Source: Solirubrobacterales bacterium (lineage in GTDB: Bacteria; Actinomycetota; Thermoleophilia; Solirubrobacterales; 70-9). From it: DNA of 64,000 nt. The notes beneath the pieces are model-generated. The model was not told the DNA's origin. It searched no databases and saw nothing but the letters and a program-made list of their open reading frames with translations. The stretch lies in assembly GCA_035572835.1 (NCBI GenBank), contig DATNAG010000054.1, positions 28,553-92,552 of the forward strand, read 5' to 3'. This document shows, piece by piece, positions 18,089-26,479 of this stretch. Every line of letters starts with the position of its first letter. Position 1 is the stretch's first letter. Both the position numbers and the translations under genes were made by a program.

Positions 18089-20065
18089 GTGATGCAGGGA
18101 AAGAATTCGGCGCCGGGCGATCGCTCGCCCTGGCGGCGGATACAGAACATGGTCGGGGCCGACCCCACGGTCACCGCGATCGCCGTCTACGCGCTCGTCT
18201 CGCTGGCCGCGCTGATCACCGCCTACTTCGGGATCTTCGCTGGGTTCGCGCCCTACGACGACGAGGGGACGCTGCTGATCACCCTCAAAGCCTTCGTCCA
18301 CGGCGATCCGCTCTACAAGGAAATCTGGTCCGTCTACGGGCCCTTCTACTACGAGCTCTTCGGCGGCTTCTTCAAGCTCTTCGGGATCTCCATCACGGCC
18401 GACGCGGGCCGCTCGATCGTGATCTTCCTCTGGGTCGGCGCCAGCCTGCTCGTCGGCGTCGCCGCCCATCGGCTCACCGGCCGCCTGGCGCTCGGGATCA
18501 CCACGATGGTCTGCGCCTTCGCCGCGCTGAACGTGCTCACCGCCGAGCCGATGCACCCACAAGGACTCTGCGTCGTCCTCCTCGGCGCGATCGTCCTCGT
18601 CGCGGTGAGCGGCGGCCGGCGCCGCAGCATCCTCACCGGGAGCGCCTGCGGCGCCCTCCTCGCCGCCCTCCTGCTGACCAAGGTCAACCTCGGGATCTTC
18701 GCGATCGCCGCCCTGGCCGTCGCCGCCGTCCTCACGGTCGAGCCGCTCCACCGTCGCGGCTGGCTGCGCTGGCTGGTGATGATCGCCTTCCTCGCCGTGC
18801 CCTTGCTCGTCCTGGACCGCGACCTGGACTTCGCCTGGGTCAGGGAATTCCTGCTCCTCGAGGTGTTCGCGGCGATCGCCGTCCTCGTCGCCGCGCGGCC
18901 GCTCTGGCCGGCTCGGGGCGAAGACGACGATGGGCTGATGCGCTGGATCCTCGCCGCGATCGCCGGCTTCATCGCCGCCTTCGTCGCGATCGTCGTGATC
19001 ATCCTCGCCACCGGCCCGTCGCTCCACGACGTCTACGACGGGACGATCAAGCAGGCCTTCGGCATCCGCGACGTCCTCACCAGCGCCTTCCCCTTCCCCG
19101 CCAAGGCCGCCGTGGAGTGGGGAATCGCCGCCATCGTCGGGGCGGTGCTCAGCTTGCGACTGCGCCGCGCCGGCGAGGAAGGCAAGCCCTCGATCTGGCC
19201 AGGCCTGCTGCGCAGCGTCGCCGGCCTCACGATCCTCTTCTCCGTCGCGAGCATCGCCCCGCTCGGCCTCAACCCGGCGGCCGGCAACCCGGTGGTCCCG
19301 GCGATGGTCCTCGCCTGGGTCGCGGCGATCCCGCCCCTCGGCCGGATCGAGCCACCGCACCGGCGCCTGCTGCGCGTCTTCGTGCCGATGCTGGCGCTGG
19401 CCGAGTCGCTGCAGGTCTACCCCGTGCCCGGCAGCCAGATGGGCATCGCCGCCTTCTCCTTCGCCCTCGTCGGCGCCGTCTGCCTCGGTGACGCGGTGGT
19501 CGAACTGCGCGCCTGGAGTGCCGCGCGGAGCACCTCGGCGGCGGCCAACTACGGCGCCGTCGTCCCGGTGCTCGCGATCGCGCTGCCGGCGCTCTTCCTC
19601 CTCAACGGAATCCTCCTGCCCGGCACCGAACACATCTCCAACTATCGCCAGGAGAAGAAGCTCGACCTGCCGGGTGCCGAACTCCTCCATCTCCCCTCCG
19701 AACAGGCCGAACAACTCGAAGACGTGGTCGACCTGATCAAACAGCACCACTGCACGACGCTGATCGGCTGGCCGAGCGTCAACGCGTTCTACTTCTGGTC
19801 CGAACTCGAAGCGCCGCGGCCGACGCTCCCGAACGCCTGGGTGTACGCCTTGAACGAATCCCAGCAGGCCCAGGCGCTGCGCGAACTGAAAGCGTCGCCC
19901 CATCCTTGCGCGATCCGCAACGACGAACAGGCGGTCATGTACCTGAAAGGCCTGCCGCCGCCCGACAAGCCCCTGGTCAACTACGTCCTCAACGACTTCA
20001 AGCCGGATACCGAAGTCGGGCCCTACGTCTTCGAGCTGCCGCTGCCCGCGGCGACCGAAGGCTGA
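18089..20065 (+). CDS. Large polytopic membrane protein (658 aa) with C-terminal soluble domain (candidate GT-C-like)
   Basis: FAPYDDEGTLLITLKAF lies after the first helix (acidic first-loop motif). At least 12 helices follow, then a non-hydrophobic ~150-aa tail with two Cys (HHCTTLIGWP...PHPCAIRND). Confidence 0.7.
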   Translation: MMQGKNSAPGDRSPWRRIQNMVGADPTVTAIAVYALVSLAALITAYFGIFAGFAPYDDEGTLLITLKAFVHGDPLYKEIWSVYGPFYYELFGGFFKLFGISITADAGRSIVIFLWVGASLLVGVAAHRLTGRLALGITTMVCAFAALNVLTAEPMHPQGLCVVLLGAIVLVAVSGGRRRSILTGSACGALLAALLLTKVNLGIFAIAALAVAAVLTVEPLHRRGWLRWLVMIAFLAVPLLVLDRDLDFAWVREFLLLEVFAAIAVLVAARPLWPARGEDDDGLMRWILAAIAGFIAAFVAIVVIILATGPSLHDVYDGTIKQAFGIRDVLTSAFPFPAKAAVEWGIAAIVGAVLSLRLRRAGEEGKPSIWPGLLRSVAGLTILFSVASIAPLGLNPAAGNPVVPAMVLAWVAAIPPLGRIEPPHRRLLRVFVPMLALAESLQVYPVPGSQMGIAAFSFALVGAVCLGDAVVELRAWSAARSTSAAANYGAVVPVLAIALPALFLLNGILLPGTEHISNYRQEKKLDLPGAELLHLPSEQAEQLEDVVDLIKQHHCTTLIGWPSVNAFYFWSELEAPRPTLPNAWVYALNESQQAQALRELKASPHPCAIRNDEQAVMYLKGLPPPDKPLVNYVLNDFKPDTEVGPYVFELPLPAATEG

Positions 20066-20163
20066 GCCCGCCCCGCTGCTGGAGGGTTGATTTCACGAGC
20101 GCCGCGGCCGGGAGGGGATCGGCCCGGGAAGGCGGCGCCCGGGGAAGGGACGGCCGAGGGACG

Positions 20164-20215
20164 CGGCCGTCTCGGCCACGGCCCGGGCAGGCTGTGGCCG
20201 TGGCCGAGACGGCCG
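20164..20215 (+). repeat. Hairpin of repeated element, copy A-left: 20-bp perfect stem, 12-nt loop CGGGCAGGCTGT
   Basis: CGGCCGTCTCGGCCACGGCC / loop / GGCCGTGGCCGAGACGGCCG, read directly from the sequence. Confidence 0.85.
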
Positions 20216-20347
20216 GGGGTGCGGGGAGCGGGGGATCGTCACGAGGGCGTGCCGGATCCGTCACCGATGTCGGGTCCCGTCACAGAGGCGCCGGGAACGT
20301 GACCCTTCCTCCCGTCTTCTTCGGACGTCACGAGCACGTGACCCGGG

Positions 20348-20373
20348 TTTGACCCTCCTATAGGAGGGTCAAA
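20348..20373. repeat. Perfect 26-nt palindrome TTTGACCCTCCTATAGGAGGGTCAAA at the centre of the convergent intergenic region (possible bidirectional terminator)
   Basis: Read directly from the sequence. It lies midway between the two inverted element copies. Confidence 0.8.
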
Positions 20374-20542
20374 GTCGACAGCGCGTCCCGGGGCCTCGAT
20401 CTCGGCCCTCGGAGGGCCGGAAAGTGTGACGTTCCCGGCGTCTTCGTCGACGATCGGGGCTCCGGGGCGGCTCTTCCGCACGGACCCGTCCCCGAAGCGT
20501 GGACCCCGTCACGACCCGTGACCTCTTCCCTGAACCCCCTCA

Positions 20543-20602
20543 CGTCCCGGGCGTCTCGTGGCGGCCACAGCCTGCCCGGGCCGCCACGAGACGCCCGGGA
20601 CG
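20543..20602 (-). repeat. Hairpin of repeated element, copy A-right (inverted): 24-bp perfect stem, loop ACAGCCTGCCCG
   Basis: CGTCCCGGGCGTCTCGTGGCGGCC / loop / GGCCGCCACGAGACGCCCGGGACG. The loop is the exact reverse complement of the A-left loop. Confidence 0.85.
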
Positions 20603-20659
20603 CACCTCGGACGGCCGCCAGGGCCCCGAACCCCCCCGTCCCTCCCACGGGCTCGACCC

Positions 20660-21733
20660 CTAGGCGGCGGGTGCCAGCCAGCGGTCGACGTTCTGCTCGT
20701 ACATCTCCTGCAGGATGTCGTCGATCCCGTAGCGCAGCTTGAACTCCGGGTAGTCGGCCTGGAACGGGGCCAGGTCGGAGATCCACCAGCGGTGGTCGCC
20801 GATCCGCGGCGCCTCCCCCATCTCCCAGGAGAGCGTCCGCCCGGAGACCCGCTCGCAGACCTCGATCGCCTCGAGCATCGAGCAGTTGGAGAAGCGCCCG
20901 CCGCCGATGTTGTAGACGGCGTGCGGCTTCGGGTTCTTGCGGAAGGCATCGAAGGCGGCGATCAGGTCGGCGCTGTGGATGTTGTCGCGAACCTGTTTGC
21001 CCTCGTAGCCGAAGATCGTGTACGGCGTGCCGGTGACGGTGCACTTCATCAGGTAGGCGAGGAAGCCGTGGAGCTTGGCGCCGGCGTGCTGCGGCCCGGT
21101 CAGGCAGCCGCCGCGGAAGCAGACGGTCGGCATGTCGAAGTAGTAGCCGTACTCCTGCACGAGCAGGTCGGCGGCCGCCTTCGACACCCCGAACAGCGAG
21201 TGGGTCGAGACGTCGATCGACATCGAGATGTCGATGCCTTTGTAGTAGGGATGGTCCTCGGGCAGCTCCAGCCGCTTCTCCAGCGACTGCAGCGGCAGCC
21301 GGTTCGGCGTGTCGCCGTAGACCTTGTTGGTCGAGGTGAAGATGAAGGGCGCGTCGATCGCGTGGGCGCGCGCCGCCTCGAGCAGGTTCAGGGTGCCGTT
21401 GGCGTTGACGCCGAAGTCGGTCTGCGGCTCGCTTGCCGCCCAGTCATGGGAGGGCTGCGCGGCGGTGTGGATGACCAGCTCGATCTGACCGGCGTGGCCG
21501 CGGAAGATCCGCTCGACCTCGGCCGCGTCGCGGATGTCGACGTTCTCCCACTTGAAGCCGTCGTGCTCGTCGACGAGGCGCCGGGTGACGTGCGAGGTCG
21601 ACGATTCGGGGCCGAAGAAGCGGGCCCGCATGTCGTTCTCGATCCCGACCACGTCGAAGCCCTGCCCGATGAAGTGGTCGACAGCCTCGGAGCCGATCAG
21701 GCCGCCGGCGCCGGTGATGATCGCTACTGGCAC
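20660..21733 (-). CDS. Extended SDR, NAD-dependent epimerase/dehydratase (CDP-paratose/tyvelose 2-epimerase RfbE-like)
   Basis: [14 protein letters not shown] (Rossmann), [23 protein letters not shown] (YxxxK region) and [15 protein letters not shown] resemble RfbE as I recall it. AAGGAG precedes the GTG start. Confidence 0.75.
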   Translation of the reverse strand: MPVAIITGAGGLIGSEAVDHFIGQGFDVVGIENDMRARFFGPESSTSHVTRRLVDEHDGFKWENVDIRDAAEVERIFRGHAGQIELVIHTAAQPSHDWAASEPQTDFGVNANGTLNLLEAARAHAIDAPFIFTSTNKVYGDTPNRLPLQSLEKRLELPEDHPYYKGIDISMSIDVSTHSLFGVSKAAADLLVQEYGYYFDMPTVCFRGGCLTGPQHAGAKLHGFLAYLMKCTVTGTPYTIFGYEGKQVRDNIHSADLIAAFDAFRKNPKPHAVYNIGGGRFSNCSMLEAIEVCERVSGRTLSWEMGEAPRIGDHRWWISDLAPFQADYPEFKLRYGIDDILQEMYEQNVDRWLAPAA

Positions 21734-21738
21734 AGTTC

Positions 21739-22830
21739 CTACTCCTTTTCCCCGTCTTGGGTGTCGATTTCGAGCGCCGCGGCGATTCGGTCCTCATCGG
21801 CGGCGATCCAGTCGTGGATGTCGGCGAGCACCTGGTGGGCTGAGCGCCTTGGCCTCCACTCGTCGAGCTCGAACAGCTTGGTGCAATCGGAAAGATAGAT
21901 TGGCACGTCCCCCTGCCGGGTCTCGGCGACCGGGGCGATCGGGACCTCGTTGCCGCTCAGCTCCTGGCAGATCGCCGTCGTCTCGAGCAGCGACAGGCTG
22001 CACTCGCGGCCGCCGCCGGCGTTGACGGTCTGGCCGTCCCAGGTCGCCGGATCGAGAAGCTGACGCTCGACCAGGTCGACCAGGTCCTCGACGTGGAGGA
22101 GGTCGCGCACCTGCTTTCCATGTCCCCCGAAACCGATATATGAGAGCGGGTTGCGGAAGTGGTGGGCGAGCATCCAATGGGTGAACACCCCCTGGTCCAC
22201 CTTGCCCATCTGCCAGGGGCCGGCGATCACGCCGAAGCGGTCGACCACCGCCGGGACGCCGAGCGCGGCCCGATACTCCTCGACCAGCAGCTCGGCCGAG
22301 AGCTTGGTCGCGCCGTAGAGCGTCCGCGCGCCCTCGAGCGGGAAGTCCTCGGAGATCCCGGCCGGGGAGACGCCGCGAAACGGCTGCTCGGCCGCGAGCT
22401 CGAAGCGCGTCTCGGCCTCCTCCAGCGCCAGCTCCACCTGCGGCTGCACCGGATAGACGCGGCTGGTCGAGAGGAAGACGAAGTAGGCCCCGTCGCGGCG
22501 GGCAAGCTCGAGACAGTTGTAGGCGCCGGTGAGGTTGGTGTGGACGAGATAGCCGGTGTCGCCGTCGACACCGCTCATCACCGACGGCTCGGCCGAGCAC
22601 TCGACGATCGCGTCGAGCTTCGGCAGCGCCATCAGGTCGGCGGGCTCGCGCACGTCGCCCTTGACGAACTCGACCCCGGCCTCCTCCAGCCGTGGCAGGT
22701 TCAGTTCCGAGCCGCGCCGATAGAGGTTGTCGAGCACGACGAACTCCCAGTCGGGATGCCGGCCGGCAAGAGACACGGCAAGATTCGAACCGACGAACCC
22801 CGCTCCGCCGGTGATCAGGACCCTAGGCAT
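21739..22830 (-). CDS. Extended SDR, NAD-dependent epimerase/dehydratase (RfbE-like paralogue)
   Basis: [15 protein letters not shown]...[14 protein letters not shown]...[13 protein letters not shown]...[15 protein letters not shown]. Confidence 0.75.
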   Translation of the reverse strand: MPRVLITGGAGFVGSNLAVSLAGRHPDWEFVVLDNLYRRGSELNLPRLEEAGVEFVKGDVREPADLMALPKLDAIVECSAEPSVMSGVDGDTGYLVHTNLTGAYNCLELARRDGAYFVFLSTSRVYPVQPQVELALEEAETRFELAAEQPFRGVSPAGISEDFPLEGARTLYGATKLSAELLVEEYRAALGVPAVVDRFGVIAGPWQMGKVDQGVFTHWMLAHHFRNPLSYIGFGGHGKQVRDLLHVEDLVDLVERQLLDPATWDGQTVNAGGGRECSLSLLETTAICQELSGNEVPIAPVAETRQGDVPIYLSDCTKLFELDEWRPRRSAHQVLADIHDWIAADEDRIAAALEIDTQDGEKE

Positions 22831-23440
22831 GAATCGCGACGGTATCGCAGAGCCCCGCCATCCCGACGCTCCGAGTGCGCCCGACCGCGGCGAGGCTCAC
22901 GTCTGGCGGGTCGAGCTGCCGACCCCGGGAGGGCGGGCGGCGGCGCGTGCGGCGCTGCGCGAGATCCTCGGCGCCTATCTGGGCGAGGCACCGGATGCGA
23001 TCGCCCTGAAGGTCGGCGAGGCCGGCAAGCCCGGGCTTGCCGCATCGCCGGCGGCGCTCTCCTTCAACCTCAGCCACTCGCGCGGCCTGGCCCTGGTCGC
23101 GGTCGCCACGGGCGGGGTCGAGATCGGTGTCGACGTGGAGGGGATACGCCCACGCCGTGACCTGCTGCGGCTGGCGGCGCGCTGGCTGCCCGACGAGGAC
23201 GCGGCGGCGGTCGCCGCGGCGGCGGACGACGAACGCGAAGGTACCTTCTACGCTGCCTGGACGCGCTTCGAGGCGCGGGCCAAGTGCACGGGCGCCGGAC
23301 TCTCCGGGCCTCCTCCCGGCCCCGAGGTCGTCGCGTTGCCATTGAAGATCGACCGCGGCTACGCCGCCGCGCTGGCGACCGTCGGCACCGCCCCGACGAG
23401 CATCCGCCGCCTCGACCTCGCCCGATCGGGCACTCGTTGA
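22829..23440 (+). CDS. Sfp-type 4'-phosphopantetheinyl transferase
   Basis: AHVWRVEL...LSFNLSHSRGLALVAV...IGVDVE...FYAAWTRFEARAKCTG (the FNxSHS, GxD and WxxKEA-like motifs). Confidence 0.75.
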   Translation: MNRDGIAEPRHPDAPSAPDRGEAHVWRVELPTPGGRAAARAALREILGAYLGEAPDAIALKVGEAGKPGLAASPAALSFNLSHSRGLALVAVATGGVEIGVDVEGIRPRRDLLRLAARWLPDEDAAAVAAAADDEREGTFYAAWTRFEARAKCTGAGLSGPPPGPEVVALPLKIDRGYAAALATVGTAPTSIRRLDLARSGTR

Positions 23441-23471
23441 GCGCGAAGTGCGCCGCCGCGCGTGCAGGGCG

Positions 23472-24716
23472 CTAGGGGTGGGTCTGGCCGTGCGTGATCT
23501 GCACGAAGGCGCGCCAGGAGGGCTTGGCGCGGAAGCCGGCGCCTGACTTGAACAGGCCGACCGAGTCGCAGAAGGCGCACGATTCGGGCAGGTCCTTCCA
23601 GGAGAACCAGTAGACCGATTTCAGGTCGAGCCTGGTGCGGTTGGCCAGCAGGTAGGAGTAGGCGCTGGTCAGTTCTTCGACCTGCCCGCGGACGCCGTGC
23701 TCGAAGGCGTCGATGTGGAAGTCGTTCTGCGAGCCCCACCCCATCTCGGTGATGTAGAGCGGCACCCGGTCGTGGTTCTCGACGGTCACGTCGTGGAAGC
23801 GTTCGACCAGTTCTTCGAGCTGTTCGGAGTCGATCGCGTACGGGTGCAGCGCGATGCCGTCGAAGTAGCTCTTGATGTTCGGGACCCGGTAGAGCTGTTC
23901 GAGGAATTGACTCGCCGGCATGCCCCGTTTGGCGCCCGCCGTCGGTTCGCCGAAGAGACCGGTGAGGATCACCTTGGCGCTCGGCTCGGCCCGTTTGATC
24001 GCCGGGGCCGATGCTTTGAGCAGGCGCGCGTAATCGTGCGGGCTGACCGGATAGGCGAAGTAGAAGAAGTTCGCCTCGTTCCAGATCTGCCAGTTGCGGA
24101 TCGGCAACGGCTTGGCGATCGGCGTCAGCTTGGCGCCGGCGAGCTCGTAGACCGGTCCGTTCGCCTGCCTTTCCTTTTCTTCGCGGATCGTCGCCGGGGC
24201 GTGCATCTTCCAGAAGACGCCACCCGGTCCGTAGCGTTCGGCGGCCGCTTCGAGGAACTTGGTCCAGGCCTTGCGCTGAGCCGCGTTGTGGATCGGCAAC
24301 GTCGTCGGCTTCTTCGCCAGCCAGGCCGGCGTGGCGACGACGAAGGGCAGCACGGTGAGGCCCTGCAGCGCGGCCTGTTCGACCACCGGGTCGAACCATT
24401 CCCATGCGTATTCGCCCTTTTTCGTCGGCTGGATCACCGACCAGGCCAGCGGCCAGCGGATCGTTTCGATCCCGCCCGCACGCATGTATTTGACGTCCTT
24501 TTCGGTCAGCCCCGTCTGCGGCGCGATCCCGAAGAAGCCCTTTGGCGCGCGTGGGGTCGCCGCCGCCGAGGCGGTGGTCGTCGTCTCCGGCGAGAAGACG
24601 TAAGCGCCGCCCGCGAGGGCGACGAGGACAAGTGCTGCTGCGAGCAGGCGCCTCAAAGGAGTTGAGCAGGATAGCGGGACGGGTCGGTCATCACGGGCCG
24701 GGGCAGTCTTCAACAC
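23472..24716 (-). CDS. Secreted clan GH-A (TIM-barrel) glycoside hydrolase, family not assignable by eye
   Basis: N-terminal signal-like RRLLAAALVLVALAGG. NWQIWNEANFF (acid/base NE) and LYITEMGWGS (nucleophile E) are spaced as in GH5/GH39-type enzymes. Confidence 0.65.
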   Translation of the reverse strand: MLKTAPARDDRPVPLSCSTPLRRLLAAALVLVALAGGAYVFSPETTTTASAAATPRAPKGFFGIAPQTGLTEKDVKYMRAGGIETIRWPLAWSVIQPTKKGEYAWEWFDPVVEQAALQGLTVLPFVVATPAWLAKKPTTLPIHNAAQRKAWTKFLEAAAERYGPGGVFWKMHAPATIREEKERQANGPVYELAGAKLTPIAKPLPIRNWQIWNEANFFYFAYPVSPHDYARLLKASAPAIKRAEPSAKVILTGLFGEPTAGAKRGMPASQFLEQLYRVPNIKSYFDGIALHPYAIDSEQLEELVERFHDVTVENHDRVPLYITEMGWGSQNDFHIDAFEHGVRGQVEELTSAYSYLLANRTRLDLKSVYWFSWKDLPESCAFCDSVGLFKSGAGFRAKPSWRAFVQITHGQTHP

Positions 24717-24758
24717 GACTTCGCCCGAGATGTATCGGAGTAGTGACGAAACGAGAGA

Positions 24759-25745
24759 TCAAGGTCGCTCGGCGGGCTGGAAGGTGCGGCGATAGGCGGT
24801 CGGGGTGGTCGCGGTGGCGCGGCGGAAATGGTCCCGCAAGGAGGCCGCGTTGCCGAAGCCGGCCCGCAGGGCGACGGTCTCGATCGGCAGGTCGGACTCC
24901 TCGAGCAACCGGCGCGCCTCGAGCACCCGGCGCGAGAGCAGCCACTGCAACGGCGTCGTCCCGGTCTCGGCGCGGAAGCGGCGGGCAAAGGTCCGCGGGC
25001 TGACGTTGGCGTGGCGAGCCATCTCGGCGACGGTCAGCGGCTCGGCGATCCGCTCGCGGGCCCAGGCGCGCGTCGCCTCGAAAGAGCCGTCGGCGCTCGG
25101 CTCGGCGGGGGTCTGCTCGGCGTGGAAGAACTGCGCCTGGCCGCCGTCGCGATGCGGTGGAGCGACCAGATGGCGGGCGACGCGATCGGCGCAGGCGACC
25201 CCGTGGTCGGCGCGGATCACGTGCAGGCTGAGGTCGATCCCGGCGCTCAGCCCGGCCGACGTGAGCACCGCGCCTTCGTCGACGAAGAGGACGTCGGAGT
25301 CGACCACGATCGCGGGGAAACACCGGGAGAGGTACTCGGCGTACGCCCAGTGGGTGGCGGCGTGACGGCCGTCGAGGAGGCCCGCGGCGGCGAGGGCGAA
25401 AGCGCCGGTGCAGACCGAGAGGACGCGGGCGCCGCGCTCGGCGGTGTCGCGCAGAGCCCCCAGCGCCGCCTCGGGTGGCGCCTTGTAGATCCCGTGGTAG
25501 CCGGGGACGACGACGGTGTCGGCGTCGTCCAGCTCGCTCAGGTCGCCGTGCACGCCGATCTCGAACCCACCCAGTTCGATGCCCCGGGTCGTGCTCACCG
25601 GCCGGCCGTCGATCGAGCAGGTCGAGAAGTCATAGAGCGGCCTGCCATCGGGGTCGACGGCCAGCGAGAACGCCTGCGCCGGCGCCGTCAGGTCGAAGGC
25701 GACAGTGTCTGGCAGACATAAGGCGACGACCCGATGTCGGGGCAT
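24759..25745 (-). CDS. GlxA-family transcriptional regulator (DJ-1/PfpI-like domain + AraC HTH)
   Basis: VLSVCTGAFALAAAGLL (DJ-1 nucleophile-elbow Cys) plus a C-terminal AraC HTH (VAEMARHANVSPRTFARRFRAETGTTPLQWLL...VALRAGFGNAASLRDHFRR). Confidence 0.85.
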   Translation of the reverse strand: MPRHRVVALCLPDTVAFDLTAPAQAFSLAVDPDGRPLYDFSTCSIDGRPVSTTRGIELGGFEIGVHGDLSELDDADTVVVPGYHGIYKAPPEAALGALRDTAERGARVLSVCTGAFALAAAGLLDGRHAATHWAYAEYLSRCFPAIVVDSDVLFVDEGAVLTSAGLSAGIDLSLHVIRADHGVACADRVARHLVAPPHRDGGQAQFFHAEQTPAEPSADGSFEATRAWARERIAEPLTVAEMARHANVSPRTFARRFRAETGTTPLQWLLSRRVLEARRLLEESDLPIETVALRAGFGNAASLRDHFRRATATTPTAYRRTFQPAERP

Positions 25746-25815
25746 GGCAGGAATCTATCGGGCATTGGCATTCCTGCCACTGGCCGACCGATCGCGGGAC
25801 GGGCACGATTGCGGC

Positions 25816-26454
25816 ATGCAGATCTCCGTGCTCGCCTTCCCCGGACTCACCGCCCTCGACGCGATCGGCCCCTACGAGGTCTTCCGCTCGGTCCCCAACT
25901 GGGAGGTCTTCTTCGTCGGCAAGGAGCGCGGTGAGGTCCGCACCGACGCCGGCAGCCTCGGGATCACCGTCGACCACGACTTCGCCGAACGCCCCGAAGC
26001 CGACATCGTCCTGATCCCCGGCGGCGAAGGCAACCGGGCGCTGCTCGAGGACGAGGAGACGCTGAAGTGGCTGCGCCACGTCGACGGCGGCACCCGCTGG
26101 ACGACCTCGGTCTGCACCGGCTCGCTGGTCCTCGGCGCCGCCGGCCTGCTGGAGGGCAGGAAGGCGACCGGCCACTGGCTCTACCTCGACGGCCTGCGCG
26201 AGTACGGCGCCGATCCGGTCGGCGGCCGTTGGGTCGAAGACGGCAAGTACATGACCGCGGCCGGCGTCTCCGCCGGGATCGACATGGCCCTCCACCTGGT
26301 CGGCAAGGAGGTCGGGCCCGACTTCGCCCAGGCGATCCAGCTGGCGATCGAGTACGACCCGCAGCCGCCCTTCGACGCCGGATCGCCGGCGAAAGCCCCG
26401 GCGTCGGTGGTCGAGCTGGTGCGTGCCTACGAGAGCGCGTCGGCGCGGGGCTAG
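25816..26454 (+). CDS. DJ-1/PfpI family protein
   Basis: MQISVLAFPGLTALDAIGPYEVF...TSVCTGSLVLGAAGLL...AAGVSAGIDMALHLV. Divergent from the GlxA-type regulator. Confidence 0.85.
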   Translation: MQISVLAFPGLTALDAIGPYEVFRSVPNWEVFFVGKERGEVRTDAGSLGITVDHDFAERPEADIVLIPGGEGNRALLEDEETLKWLRHVDGGTRWTTSVCTGSLVLGAAGLLEGRKATGHWLYLDGLREYGADPVGGRWVEDGKYMTAAGVSAGIDMALHLVGKEVGPDFAQAIQLAIEYDPQPPFDAGSPAKAPASVVELVRAYESASARG

Positions 26455-26479
26455 GTGGACGGGGCCCGGGGAAGGGCGT

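Noticed and set aside
17114-19903. 929-aa ORF on the minus strand
   Set aside because: It runs antisense to the aldo/keto reductase and the 658-aa membrane protein, both of which have clear family motifs or helix patterns. Its translation is low-complexity R/G/D/E/A-rich with no recognisable motif. This is the typical shadow ORF of high-G+C DNA.
20164-20602. Possibility that the repeated hairpins are a CRISPR array
   Set aside because: There are only two copies here, in inverted (not direct) orientation and about 330 nt apart. The stems differ and no cas genes are nearby. Not CRISPR-like.
20087-20949. Several 70-230-aa ORFs inside and around the 20.1-20.6 kb repeat region (e.g. 20087..20302, 20239..20481, 20358..21044, 20509..20949)
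   Set aside because: All have G/R/P-rich translations, lack an RBS or start context, and cross perfect hairpins. The region is better explained as structured non-coding DNA. Parts of these ORFs also overlap the SDR gene antisense or out of frame.
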